This document shows positions 1 to 8,231 of a stretch of DNA of 16,328 bases, piece after piece. The position numbers were made by a program, and so were the translations under genes. The stretch lies in assembly GCA_030619825.1 (NCBI GenBank), contig JAUXAS010000011.1, forward strand, positions 1-16,328, in the 5' to 3' direction. The notes beneath the pieces are model-generated. The model had not been told where the DNA came from and did not search any database. It worked only from the letters and a program-made list of their open reading frames with translations. This DNA is from Hadesarchaea archaeon (GTDB taxonomy: Archaea > Hadarchaeota > Hadarchaeia > Hadarchaeales > Hadarchaeaceae). The first letter of the stretch is position 1. Each line of letters opens with the position of its first letter.

Positions 1-253
1 TTACACCCCTGTAAAGCCCGATGATAGCGTCAACCCGTGAACCTAATCGAGCGAGCTCGTCGCCGAGGGGCCCCAGTGCTAGGTCAAGCTTGCTGTAAAG
101 CTTCGTCAGCTCCGCGAGGTTCGTCTCGATCGCAGCCACCCTTCGCTCCAAGCCCCGGAGGCGCTGCTCGAGCACCCGCGCGTCGTCCCGAAGGCTGGAT
201 ATCCACCGCCCGTGTTCAGCGAGCACTACCTTTCCGTCCTCCTCGCCAAACAC
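1..253 (-). CDS. Partial hypothetical coiled-coil protein (runs off the left edge; absent from the ORF track)
   Basis: Manual translation from GTG at 253 (GGAGG/GGAG just upstream) gives MFGEEDGKVVLAEHGRWISSLRDDARVLEQRLRGLERRVAAIETNLAELTKLYSKLDLALGPLGDELARLGSRVDAIIGLYRGV with no stop before base 1; Leu heptad pattern; overlaps the end of the upstream gene. Confidence 0.7.
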   Translation of the reverse strand, partial: MFGEEDGKVVLAEHGRWISSLRDDARVLEQRLRGLERRVAAIETNLAELTKLYSKLDLALGPLGDELARLGSRVDAIIGLYRGV

Positions 254-828
254 CTTCGCTCCCTCCTCGCCTCCTGAAGGTCGAGGAGCCAGCCCGATAT
301 GCGCGCCAGCTCTCCAGAAACCTCGCGATTCTTGAGCGCCTTTTGCCACGCGTTCGGCGGGGTCATGAGGAGCACCCAGGTGCGCTCGCTTATCGCCCGC
401 TCCTCGTGTAGCTCCTCGAACAATTTCTCCGGATCAATCCTACCGAGATCTCTCAACCTCGCCCGCAAACAAGCGAATTTGAGAAAATCCATCTCCCCGA
501 CCAAAAATTCCTTCAAGGCTAGAACCTCGTCCTTGAGCTTGATGAAGTCGCGCTCGGCAAAGCGCGTCCAATCATCGCGCAGGGGTCCACCGCACCTCAC
601 GTTGAGCAGGGATTGAAGGAACTGGGCGGCTGCAGCTTTGAGCGAGGCCACCAGCTCAGCCAGGCGCCCGTGACGAGCCGCATCAAATTTGGCTGCACCG
701 AGGAGCCCGTCGAGCATGTTATCTAGCTTCGGCCAGAGTTCACCCCCCGAGCTCACCTCCCGGGGAGACAACTCTAAGAGACGGTCGATCGCTGTCAAGA
801 TCGCCTCGAACGTCGGCTCATCCCCCAT
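226..828 (-). CDS. Hypothetical alpha-helical protein (~200 aa)
   Basis: ORF 226..891; likely start is ATG 828 (MGDEPTFEAIL), preceded by GGAGTTGGGTGAGG and overlapping the end of the 818..1072 gene; no family motif recognised. Confidence 0.7.
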   Translation of the reverse strand: MGDEPTFEAILTAIDRLLELSPREVSSGGELWPKLDNMLDGLLGAAKFDAARHGRLAELVASLKAAAAQFLQSLLNVRCGGPLRDDWTRFAERDFIKLKDEVLALKEFLVGEMDFLKFACLRARLRDLGRIDPEKLFEELHEERAISERTWVLLMTPPNAWQKALKNREVSGELARISGWLLDLQEARRERRCLARRTER

Positions 829-1072
829 CCTCACCCAACTCCTCCAGCCTCCCCTCGACCTCCGACAGCTTCCGCTCGCTCTTGGACTCACGCCTGAGAC
901 GAAGGCGCCGCCTGAGTTCGCTCCTGAGGGTTCGGAGCAGGTCCACCTCGGCCGACAGCAAGAGCTTCGCCAGCGGGGGCCGGGCTTGCTTCGGATAGCG
1001 CGAGCGCTCGAGCAAAGTCAAGCCGATGTGCCAGGCAACAGCTAGCGCGACCACCACTGGTAAGGTGTCCAA
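818..1072 (-). CDS. Small hypothetical protein with N-terminal hydrophobic segment and basic coiled-coil tail
   Basis: TTG start with GGGTGA immediately upstream; LPVVVALAVAWHIGLTLL is hydrophobic; C-terminus LSEVEGRLEEL; first gene of an overlapping three-gene minus-strand run. Confidence 0.6.
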   Translation of the reverse strand: MDTLPVVVALAVAWHIGLTLLERSRYPKQARPPLAKLLLSAEVDLLRTLRSELRRRLRLRRESKSERKLSEVEGRLEELGEDGG

Positions 1073-1168
1073 TTCACCCGCCTAGGCTTTGGGGGGGAGT
1101 TGTTTAAAAGGGGGAAAATTTGGCAAAAGCTAATGAACTATTGCAGATACCTGAAGCTTGGTGAACCT

Positions 1169-1810
1169 GTGGTAAAAGCTCCCCCGTCCTTTGTGTTCCT
1201 GCTCGGGCGCCCGGGCTCCGGGAAGTCGGCCATCTACCGCATGTTGGGGCAGAAGTTACGCGAGGAAGGCTTGGCGAGCGATATCACGCGGATCGACGAC
1301 TTCCCCGTGCTTAAGGAGCTGCTCGACCGCGACACCGAGTTTAAGCGCCATTACCGAAAGGAGGGCGGCTTCGTCGTCACCGACTTCACGATCCTCGACG
1401 ACGTGCTTGAAGAAATCAACAGCAAGCTCAAGGAACTCGAGCAGTCGAGCAGGGTGAATTTCGTCGAGTTCGCCCGCGCCCGATACGCCAATGCGCTCAA
1501 GAATTTCGACCGCGAAGTGTTGGACCACTCGCTGATCCTTTACATTTACTGCCCGTTCGACATCTGCGTGGAACGAAATGTTCGGAGGTTCAGGGAAGCC
1601 AGGGGCAAGGACATCGACGAGCACATCGCCCCCACCGACATCATGGAGCGCTACTACAAGTACGACGACTACGAGGAGCTTTACCTGAAATCGGAGGCGG
1701 AGCTGAAGCGGCAGGCCCCAGCGCCGCTCGTGGTTGTGCGTAACGATGCGGAGGGATTAGAGAGGTTAAAGCGGGAGCTGAAAAAAGTTACGGAAGCACT
1801 CAAAATTTAG
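1169..1810 (+). CDS. P-loop kinase-like protein (NMP-kinase/AAA_33-type fold), substrate unknown
   Basis: Walker A FLLGRPGSGKS, RIDD motif, lid-like CVERNVRR; GTG 1169 preceded by GGTGA (1160-1164) is preferred over TTG 1100. Confidence 0.75.
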   Translation: MVKAPPSFVFLLGRPGSGKSAIYRMLGQKLREEGLASDITRIDDFPVLKELLDRDTEFKRHYRKEGGFVVTDFTILDDVLEEINSKLKELEQSSRVNFVEFARARYANALKNFDREVLDHSLILYIYCPFDICVERNVRRFREARGKDIDEHIAPTDIMERYYKYDDYEELYLKSEAELKRQAPAPLVVVRNDAEGLERLKRELKKVTEALKI

Positions 1811-1824
1811 GTCAAACCAAAACG

Positions 1825-1832
1825 TTTTAAAT
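1825..1832 (+). promoter_or_regulatory. Putative archaeal TATA box for a leaderless dtxR-feoB transcript
   Basis: CAAAACG-TTTTAAAT lies 24-31 bp upstream of ATG 1856; no RBS precedes the ATG. Confidence 0.6.
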
Positions 1833-1850
1833 TTAGGCATACCTAAATTT
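1829..1850. promoter_or_regulatory. DtxR-family operator palindrome
   Basis: AAATTTAGG-CATA-CCTAAATTT, perfect 9-bp arms with the TTAGG/CCTAA half-sites typical of DtxR-family boxes, directly upstream of the DtxR gene. Confidence 0.88.
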
Positions 1851-1855
1851 TACCG

Positions 1856-2473
1856 ATGATTACTGAAAGTGTTGAAGAGTATCTGGAGGCGATTTACCGC
1901 CTGGGCGAGCGGGGAGAGGCTGCGACTACTACGAGCGTAGCTAATGAGCTCAAGGTGGCGCCCGCGAGTGCAACCCAGATGCTGAAAAAATTAGCCAAGC
2001 AGAGATACCTAAAGTACACACCCTACCGGGGGGTCTACTTAACACCCAAAGGGAAAAAAATCGGGAAAGAAATTCTGAGGAAGCACCGCGTGATGGAAAA
2101 GTTTCTGAGCATCTTAGGCTTGCCGAAATCAAGGGTTCATAAAGACGCATGTGAGCTGGAGCACCACATCCCTGATGACCTTGAGCGAGCCATCCATCAA
2201 AGGGTCGAAGGTGAAAAAACCCTGCCCCCGGGGGCCCCTAGCGATGTCGTGTCGCTCACCAGCCTTTTGGACGGGCAAAAAGGCGTCATCTCATTCATCG
2301 GGGGCGGGCGGGGCGCTTCCCAGAGGCTTGCCGACCTAGGGCTAACCCCCCGCACGGAGGTAACGGTCGTCAGGTCAGCGCTATTCCGCGGCCCGCTTAT
2401 GGTATCTGTGAGGGGTACCACACTGGCGATCGGTCGTGGCGTGGCGGCCAGAGTTTTTGTGAGAGCGAAATAA
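1856..2473 (+). CDS. dtxR: DtxR/IdeR-family metal-dependent repressor with C-terminal FeoA domain
   Basis: SVEEYLEAIY N-terminus, wHTH, YRGVYLTPKG, RKHRVMEKFL, HKDACELEHH (H77/E81/H95/C99/E102/H103); C-terminal RLADLGL...GPLMVSVRGTTLAIGRGVA is FeoA-like. Confidence 0.93.
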   Translation: MITESVEEYLEAIYRLGERGEAATTTSVANELKVAPASATQMLKKLAKQRYLKYTPYRGVYLTPKGKKIGKEILRKHRVMEKFLSILGLPKSRVHKDACELEHHIPDDLERAIHQRVEGEKTLPPGAPSDVVSLTSLLDGQKGVISFIGGGRGASQRLADLGLTPRTEVTVVRSALFRGPLMVSVRGTTLAIGRGVAARVFVRAK

Positions 2474-2474
2474 A

Positions 2475-4397
2475 ATGTCAACCGCCGAGAAAAAATCCAT
2501 AACGATAGCCCTAGCGGGCAATGCAAACGTCGGAAAAAGCGTAATCTTCAATTATTTGACCGGACTGCACCAACACATCGGAAACTGGCCTGGTAAGACG
2601 GTTGAAAAAGCCGAGGGAACGCTTCACTTTAAGGGGCGCACGATAGATGTCCTTGACCTGCCTGGCATCTATTCGCTGTCCGCCTTTTCGATTGAAGAGC
2701 GGATCTCCCGGGAGTACATCGCGACCGAAAAACCGGATGTCGTCGTAAATATCGTCGACGCCTCAGCACTTGAGAGAAACCTCTTTTTCACCCTGCAGCT
2801 GCTCGAGCTGGAAACGCCGATGATTGTGGTGCTAAATCAGGTGGATATGGCAGAGGCGAAGGGGATAACCATCCACGTTCCCGAGCTACAAAAATCCCTC
2901 GGCATACCCGTAATCCCGACCATCGCTACGAGGGGGACGGGCCTAGATAAGCTACTAAACAAGGCCGTGAAGGTTGCAAAGAGCAAGAAGTTAGCGAGGC
3001 CAGCCAGATATGGTAGGGAAATAGAAGAAAAAATCCGTAGGGTCACAAAGCTCGTGAAAAAGATCCCCATTCAATATCCACCGAGATGGGTTGCGGTCAA
3101 ACTCCTCGAAGGCGATGAAGAGATCAGGAAAATTGTCGGCAGGATTGATCCGAAAATAGTCTCCAGCGCTGAAAGGCACGCTGGGGACTTGGAACGAATC
3201 CACGGCGAGCCATGTTCAATCATAATAACGTCGGAGCGCTACAACATCGCGAACAAAATTGCTAGAAAAAGCCAGCGAATCACTCCCCCTCGTGGGCCAT
3301 CTCTTACGGAGAGATTAGATGCGATGACGACCCACCCCCTCGTGGGCTACCCAATCTTGATCGGCGTCATGCTTCTTGTTCTCTTCACGGTTTTTACCAT
3401 CGGCGGCTACCTAAGCGGGTTCTTCGAGGACGCGATGGAGATAATTCAAGGTGCCTTCGGAGGTGGGGCGGGGGAGGTAATCGGAGAGGGACTACTCGGC
3501 GGATTGATAGCTGGGATAGCCATAGTGCTACCGTTCATCCTGCCTTTTTACCTGATTCTGACCTTCTTGGAGGACTCCGGGTACCTGCCTCGCGCCGCGT
3601 TCATGACTGATAGCCTCATGCACCGCATGGGGATCCACGGCAAAGCGTTCATCCCGTTCATACTCGGCTACGGCTGCAATGTTCCCGCGTGCCTTGGATG
3701 CAGGGTAATGGAGACCGAGCGGGAACGAACGATTGCTGCGTTCGTTGTGACGTTGGTGCCATGTGCTGCCGTGACGGTCGTGGTCTTGGGTTTGGTCGGG
3801 GCGTTTGTAGGAATCCATTGGGCGTTGGCGTTATACTTGCTCAATTTGGTGATTATTTTCATCCTTGGGAAGGTCGCGTTTAAGGTTCTGCCAGGAGAAC
3901 CCATGGGGTTGATCATGGAGATGCCTCCTTACCGAAAGCCGCACGCGCGCTCGGTGCTCAAGGAAACTTGGATGAGGGTAAAGGATTTCGTTTACATCGC
4001 GTTCCCGCTGATAATCATTGGTAGCGTGGTGCTCACGGGGCTAAAGGTTGGTGACCTGTTGGAGCCGATCGGGGATGTCATGAGCCCCGTCACGGTTGGG
4101 TGGCTGGGGCTGCCCGCGATCACCGGCGTCCTGCTCATCTTTGGGGTTCTCAGAAAGGAGCTCACGCTGGTCATGCTCGCGACCCTCATGGGCACGGCGA
4201 ATTTTGCAACGGTCTTAACTCCAACCCAAATGATTGTCTTCGCTATAGTCGTGATGTACTACATCCCTTGCGTCGCAACTATCGCCGCGTTGGTGAAGGA
4301 GCTGCGGTGGAAGAAGGCGGCCTACATCACGGTGTTCGAGATAGCGTTTGCCCTCCTCTTGGGTGGCATCGCGTTCAGACTGCTGACGTTGGTGTAA
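2475..4397 (+). CDS. feoB: Ferrous iron transport protein B
   Basis: G motifs GNANVGKS, NWPGKTVE, DLPG, NQVD; LEDSGYLPRAAF, GYGCNVPA, IMEMPPYR, YIPCVAT; multiple TM helices. Confidence 0.97.
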   Translation: MSTAEKKSITIALAGNANVGKSVIFNYLTGLHQHIGNWPGKTVEKAEGTLHFKGRTIDVLDLPGIYSLSAFSIEERISREYIATEKPDVVVNIVDASALERNLFFTLQLLELETPMIVVLNQVDMAEAKGITIHVPELQKSLGIPVIPTIATRGTGLDKLLNKAVKVAKSKKLARPARYGREIEEKIRRVTKLVKKIPIQYPPRWVAVKLLEGDEEIRKIVGRIDPKIVSSAERHAGDLERIHGEPCSIIITSERYNIANKIARKSQRITPPRGPSLTERLDAMTTHPLVGYPILIGVMLLVLFTVFTIGGYLSGFFEDAMEIIQGAFGGGAGEVIGEGLLGGLIAGIAIVLPFILPFYLILTFLEDSGYLPRAAFMTDSLMHRMGIHGKAFIPFILGYGCNVPACLGCRVMETERERTIAAFVVTLVPCAAVTVVVLGLVGAFVGIHWALALYLLNLVIIFILGKVAFKVLPGEPMGLIMEMPPYRKPHARSVLKETWMRVKDFVYIAFPLIIIGSVVLTGLKVGDLLEPIGDVMSPVTVGWLGLPAITGVLLIFGVLRKELTLVMLATLMGTANFATVLTPTQMIVFAIVVMYYIPCVATIAALVKELRWKKAAYITVFEIAFALLLGGIAFRLLTLV

Positions 4398-4412
4398 GGA
4401 AACAACTAATAA

Positions 4413-4426
4413 TGTGCAATACCACT
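4413..4426. promoter_or_regulatory. Putative operator (TGTGC-N4-GCACA family), copy 1
   Basis: TGTGCAATACCACT, 12/14 match to the 5701 palindrome; follows AT-rich TAATAA, upstream of the DUF134 gene. Confidence 0.6.
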
Positions 4427-4443
4427 TTAATTTGGGTGCTAGC

Positions 4444-4794
4444 TTGTACCAGTGGCGTCGCGGTCGGCGAAGGGGGCCCGGAAGGCCGATGAAACCTAGG
4501 TTCTTGGGCTTCAGGCCCGGAGCGGTGACATTCATGCCATCCGCTCCAATGGGGCCACCAATCGTTGCGGGTGAGCCAATCTACATGACCTATGACGAGT
4601 ACGAGGCCTTCCGCCTGATTTATCACGAAGGGCTGAACCAGGAGGAGGCCGCCAAGCGGATGAAAATTTCGCGTGGGACGGTGTGGCGATGCTTGGAGAG
4701 TGCAAGGGATAAAGTTGCCTGCATGCTCGTCGAACGCCGCCCGCTTGTGGTCACGCCTGCGCCTCCTCAGCCTCCTGAGGAGACAGGCACTTGA
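4444..4794 (+). CDS. DUF134 (UPF0251) family predicted DNA-binding HTH protein
   Basis: GRPMKPR...MTYDEYEAFRLIYHEGLNQEEAAKRMKISRGTVWRCLESARDKVACMLVE fits the DUF134 pattern; TTG 4444 with GGGTG at 4434-4438 is preferred over GTG 4414, which lies inside the operator. Confidence 0.9.
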   Translation: MYQWRRGRRRGPGRPMKPRFLGFRPGAVTFMPSAPMGPPIVAGEPIYMTYDEYEAFRLIYHEGLNQEEAAKRMKISRGTVWRCLESARDKVACMLVERRPLVVTPAPPQPPEETGT

Positions 4795-5654
4795 GCCAAG
4801 TCGATGGGATGCGGCTCACGGTTCTGGTCGACGATTCCAAGAACCCGACCCGACCCGAACTCACCGCCAAGCACGGGCTGGCCTTCTTCATCGAGCTAAA
4901 AGCTGGTAAGGACACAACTAATTTGCTGATGGATACCGGACCGTCCGCAGATGTCGTCTTACAAAATGCCCAGAGGCTCAACGTCGATCTGAAAAAGGTT
5001 GATTCGATTGTGCTGAGCCACGGACATTACGATCATACGGGTGGACTCTTGGGCGTCCTAAAACACATCGGCAAAAAAGTGCCCGTGATGGCCCATCCAG
5101 AGGCGCTTGAACCAAAATTCGCGGCGAGGAAGAAGCGTCTCAAGAAGGCCGGCATTCCTTTTCAGGTTTCAGAGTTGGAGAAATCAAGCGGCATCTTAAC
5201 TCTAAAACGGGGGCCGACTTCTGTAGCACCTAGGATTTGGGTGAGCGGGGAAATCAAAAGAGCCAGTCCATTTGAAAAGGTTAAAGGTTTCAAAACCGTG
5301 AGGAGAGGCAAGCTCGTCAAGGATTACATGCCGGATGATCAGGCGCTTTTCGTGGTGGTTAAGGGGAAAGGGCTGGTGGTCGTCACGGGGTGCGCTCACG
5401 CGGGGTTGATAAACACGATTAAGCAGGCTCAAAGGGGGGCGGGTTCAAGCGGTGTGCATGCAGTCGTTGGTGGGTTTCACCTAGCTGGTGCAAGCGCGGG
5501 AAGGACAAAAGCGACCATCGAGGAGCTCCAGAAAGCTGGTGTGAAAGCCGTCATGCCATGTCACTGCACCGGAAAGAAGGCAATCGCGAAATTCATCAAG
5601 GCATTTGGTGAAAAGTGCAAGCAGCTTAGAACCGGCGATGTGGTCACGTTTTAA
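4791..5654 (+). CDS. MBL-fold metallo-hydrolase (COG1237; MptH-like family)
   Basis: HGLAF, LMDTG, LSHGHYDHTGG, DDQAL, TGCAHAG, GGFHL, PCHCTG; TTG start overlaps the DUF134 stop. Confidence 0.92.
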   Translation: MSQVDGMRLTVLVDDSKNPTRPELTAKHGLAFFIELKAGKDTTNLLMDTGPSADVVLQNAQRLNVDLKKVDSIVLSHGHYDHTGGLLGVLKHIGKKVPVMAHPEALEPKFAARKKRLKKAGIPFQVSELEKSSGILTLKRGPTSVAPRIWVSGEIKRASPFEKVKGFKTVRRGKLVKDYMPDDQALFVVVKGKGLVVVTGCAHAGLINTIKQAQRGAGSSGVHAVVGGFHLAGASAGRTKATIEELQKAGVKAVMPCHCTGKKAIAKFIKAFGEKCKQLRTGDVVTF

Positions 5655-5686
5655 GGTTGAAAAAATCTCGCTTGTTTTTAAATGCA

Positions 5687-5702
5687 CCGAAAAGTTTTTA
5701 TG
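5687..5702 (+). promoter_or_regulatory. Putative BRE + TATA box
   Basis: CCGAAAAG-TTTTTATG upstream of RBS AAGGTGA (5741-5747) and ATG 5754. Confidence 0.65.
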
Positions 5703-5736
5703 TGCAATAGCACAAATTTAGAAATGCGATAGCACA
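5701..5736. promoter_or_regulatory. Tandem operators (TGTGC-N4-GCACA family), copies 2 and 3
   Basis: TGTGCAATAGCACA (5701-5714, perfect 5-bp arms) and AATGCGATAGCACA (5723-5736), 22 bp apart; direct repeat TGCRATAGCACAAAT at 5703-5717 and 5725-5739. Confidence 0.75.
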
Positions 5737-5753
5737 AATAAAGGTGATAACGA

Positions 5754-6074
5754 ATGTGGTGGCCTAGAGGTCGGAGATGCTGGTGGTGGCACATGAATCC
5801 ATACATGATGTATCCACCCTATCAGCCATACGTGCAAGCGCCGCAGCAACCCTCGCAACCTGCGCAGCAACCCGCACAACAACCCCCAGCGGCACCTTAC
5901 TACCCGCTCCCGCCGTTCGTGCCTCCACCGACGCCCGAGCAAGAGATCGAAGCGCTGGAGGCATACAAAGCCGAAATCGAAGAGGAGCTCAAAGGGATCG
6001 AGGCCAGGATAAAAGAGTTGATGGAATCCCTGACCAAAGAATCCGGCGGCCAACCATCCGAAACCGGGAAGTGA
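5754..6074 (+). CDS. DUF5320-like protein: Trp/Arg-rich head, Pro/Gln/Tyr low-complexity middle, C-terminal coiled coil
   Basis: MWWPRGRRCWWW; QQP repeats; PEQEIEALEAYKAEIEEELKGIEARIKEL; strong RBS. Confidence 0.8.
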   Translation: MWWPRGRRCWWWHMNPYMMYPPYQPYVQAPQQPSQPAQQPAQQPPAAPYYPLPPFVPPPTPEQEIEALEAYKAEIEEELKGIEARIKELMESLTKESGGQPSETGK

Positions 6075-6078
6075 TGAT

Positions 6079-6408
6079 TTGAAGCTCAAAGTGGCCGTTG
6101 CTACAAAGGGGCCCAAAGGTTTGAAGGACGAGGTATCCTATGAATTCGGCAGGGCTCGAACTTTTACAGTTATCGACCTCGAAGACGATCAGGTCAAAAA
6201 CGTGAAAGTTGTGAATAATCCAGCAGCCTCGTATGAACACGGGGCAGGGCCGATAGTCGTAAAGATGCTCGCTGACATGAAAATCGAAGTCGTGGTCGCG
6301 GGTGAATTCGGTCCAGGAGCTTCGGTGCTCCTCAAGGATAAAAATATTCGCGCGGCCAAGGTTAAAGCCGGGACAAACGTCAGTCGATCTGTGAGTATAA
6401 TTAGGTAG
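6079..6408 (+). CDS. NifB/NifX (Nitro_FeMo-Co) family protein
   Basis: KVAVAT...VSYEFGRARTFTVID...NNPA...HGAG...GEFGPGA; TTG start. Confidence 0.9.
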   Translation: MKLKVAVATKGPKGLKDEVSYEFGRARTFTVIDLEDDQVKNVKVVNNPAASYEHGAGPIVVKMLADMKIEVVVAGEFGPGASVLLKDKNIRAAKVKAGTNVSRSVSIIR

Positions 6409-6435
6409 GGGTTGGGTGTAATTCGAGGCAGACCC

Positions 6436-7323
6436 ATGAAAGTAGCAATACCTTCCAATATGCCAGGCGGGCTGGATGCCAAGATATTCCCCCATTTCGG
6501 CAGGTGTGATGTATTCACGGTAGTTGAAATTAAAAACGGCAAAATAGTGGGCGGGAGCACCATCGACAACCAAGGGGAGCATTTCGGTTTTGATAAAACA
6601 CCAGCAGAAATCTTGGTATCGAGCGGCATAGATGTGGTAGTAGCACAGGGAATGGGCCCCAAGGCTCTAGAGCTCCTGGGACAGAGCGGCATCAAAACAT
6701 ATTCCACCTCGACCAAAACGGTTGGGGAGGCCGTACGTGAGCTGATCAAGGGTAAGGCTAAGCTGGCCACGCCCGAGGAAGCTTGCAAGGAATCAAGGTC
6801 ATCAACTGGACCACCTCCGACCGCTCCCATGCCTCCCTTTGGCCCTGGGATGGGCCGTGGGATGGGAAGAGGAATGGGGAGGAGAATGGGGCCCTATTCA
6901 CACGCCCCCGCTTACCCGCCAATGGCCCCGCCAATGCCGTATCCTCAACAACAAATGCCAAAGCCTTCGCCCCCACCCACAGGCCGCTTTAAAGTGGGTG
7001 TCGCAAGCCAAGGAACTGGGGGGCTCGACGACATGGTATCGCCGATCTTCGGCAGGTGCCCAAGCTTTACCATCGTCGAGATTGAAGGGAAAGAGATTAA
7101 GAATGTAAAAGTGGTGCCGAATCAATTCGTTTCTGCACCTCGCGGTGTGGGAATCGCTGTGGTCCAGATGTTGGCAAGCGAAGGGGTGAAATTTATTTTG
7201 GCCGGACGATTTGGCCCTTGGGCATCCTCGACCTCTAGCCAATTCGGTATCCAAATGGTCATGGTTCCGCCTGGCGTGAGGATTAGGGACGCTATTAACC
7301 AATACCTCATCGGTTCACGCTAG
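6436..7323 (+). CDS. Tandem two-domain NifB/NifX family protein with Pro/Met/Gly-Arg linker
   Basis: Domain 1 MKVAIP...HFGRCDVF...GMGPKA; domain 2 KVGVAS...IFGRCPSF...GRFGPWA; ATG 6436 with GAGG upstream. Confidence 0.9.
   Translation: MKVAIPSNMPGGLDAKIFPHFGRCDVFTVVEIKNGKIVGGSTIDNQGEHFGFDKTPAEILVSSGIDVVVAQGMGPKALELLGQSGIKTYSTSTKTVGEAVRELIKGKAKLATPEEACKESRSSTGPPPTAPMPPFGPGMGRGMGRGMGRRMGPYSHAPAYPPMAPPMPYPQQQMPKPSPPPTGRFKVGVASQGTGGLDDMVSPIFGRCPSFTIVEIEGKEIKNVKVVPNQFVSAPRGVGIAVVQMLASEGVKFILAGRFGPWASSTSSQFGIQMVMVPPGVRIRDAINQYLIGSR
6847..6891 (+). repeat. In-frame 12-bp degenerate tandem repeat encoding (GMGR)3-RMG
   Basis: GGGATGGGCCGT GGGATGGGAAGA GGAATGGGGAGG AGAATGGGG. Confidence 0.85.
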
Positions 7324-7334
7324 GGTGCAAATAA

Positions 7335-8231
7335 TTGAAGGAAATTGTGGTAGTGAGCGGGAAAGGTGGAGTTGGTAAAACCACGGTTGCTGCATCGCTC
7401 GCGGTTTTTTTGGCCAAAACCGGGACTAAAATCGTTGCAGCGGATGCGGATGTCGATGCACCGGATCTCTTGTTGGCGCTCGGCGGCGGAAGGACGATTT
7501 CCTCAACCGAGATCAAAGCTTCTGAAAAAGCAACGATCGACGAGTCGAAATGCACTGAATGTGGTAATTGCGTCAGCGCATGCCCGTTTGGTGCAATTGT
7601 GATGGATAACCACCGCCCAACCGTCGTGCGACTGATGTGCGAGGGCTGCGGCGTGTGCAAGGTTGTCTGCCCCGTCGATGCGGTTGAGGTGAAAAAAGCG
7701 GTGACGGGAACCCTGAAAATCGAGGATACTAAGTACGGATTTCCATCGGTGACTGGGTACCTGAGGCTTGGCGAACACAATTCGGGATACCTCGTAGCGA
7801 GCGTAAAGAATTCCGGGAGAAAGACGGCTGAGGATTTAGGGGCAAAGGCGCTCGTGGTCGACGCCGCACCTGGCATAGGTTGTCCAGTGATCGCTTCGAT
7901 TACAGGGGCTAGCTATGTTATTGCCGTTACCGAGCCGACGCCAGCCGCCAAGCGGGATCTGGAACGCTTGGTCAAAGTCATAAAGCACTTCGGGGTTCCG
8001 GTGGGGGTGGTGATAAACAAGGCGAACCTTTCGGACGACTTCAGGGGCGTGCTTGAGGACTGGGTAAAACATGAGCTAGGTTATCAAATTTTAGGCGAGA
8101 TCCCCATCGACTATGAAGTTGTTAAAGCTCTAGTGAAAATGGTGCCGGTCACCGAGTTTAATCCAAACGCTGAAGCATCGAAGATCTTGACTGCGATAGC
8201 CAAACGCGTGAAGGATGAGGTCTTACCATGA
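7335..8231 (+). CDS. MinD-superfamily P-loop ATPase with inserted 2x[4Fe-4S] ferredoxin domain (COG1149)
   Basis: SGKGGVGKTT, DADVDAPDL, CTECGNCVSACP, CEGCGVCKVVCP, DAAPGIGCPV, VTEPT, INK. Confidence 0.93.
   Translation: MKEIVVVSGKGGVGKTTVAASLAVFLAKTGTKIVAADADVDAPDLLLALGGGRTISSTEIKASEKATIDESKCTECGNCVSACPFGAIVMDNHRPTVVRLMCEGCGVCKVVCPVDAVEVKKAVTGTLKIEDTKYGFPSVTGYLRLGEHNSGYLVASVKNSGRKTAEDLGAKALVVDAAPGIGCPVIASITGASYVIAVTEPTPAAKRDLERLVKVIKHFGVPVGVVINKANLSDDFRGVLEDWVKHELGYQILGEIPIDYEVVKALVKMVPVTEFNPNAEASKILTAIAKRVKDEVLP

Noticed and set aside
4414..4443. Longer N-terminal extensions in the ORF track (also 1100, 6412, 12867, 13535, 13540, 15358 and 891)
   Set aside because: They run through operators, TATA elements or neighbouring genes; downstream starts have good RBSs and match family N-termini
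4791..5654. Calling the MBL proteins beta-lactamases or definite methanopterin-pathway enzymes
   Set aside because: The fold motif alone does not give substrate, and there are no supporting pathway genes in the window
5701..5739. Direct repeat considered as a mini-CRISPR or mobile-element end
   Set aside because: Only two 15-bp units 22 bp apart, with no spacer-sized gap and no cas or transposase genes; better explained as tandem operators
5989..7876. Long antisense ORFs (5989..6582, 6189..6830, 6898..7302, 7307..7876) and similar shadow ORFs elsewhere
   Set aside because: They overlap well-supported plus-strand genes and have no recognisable motifs
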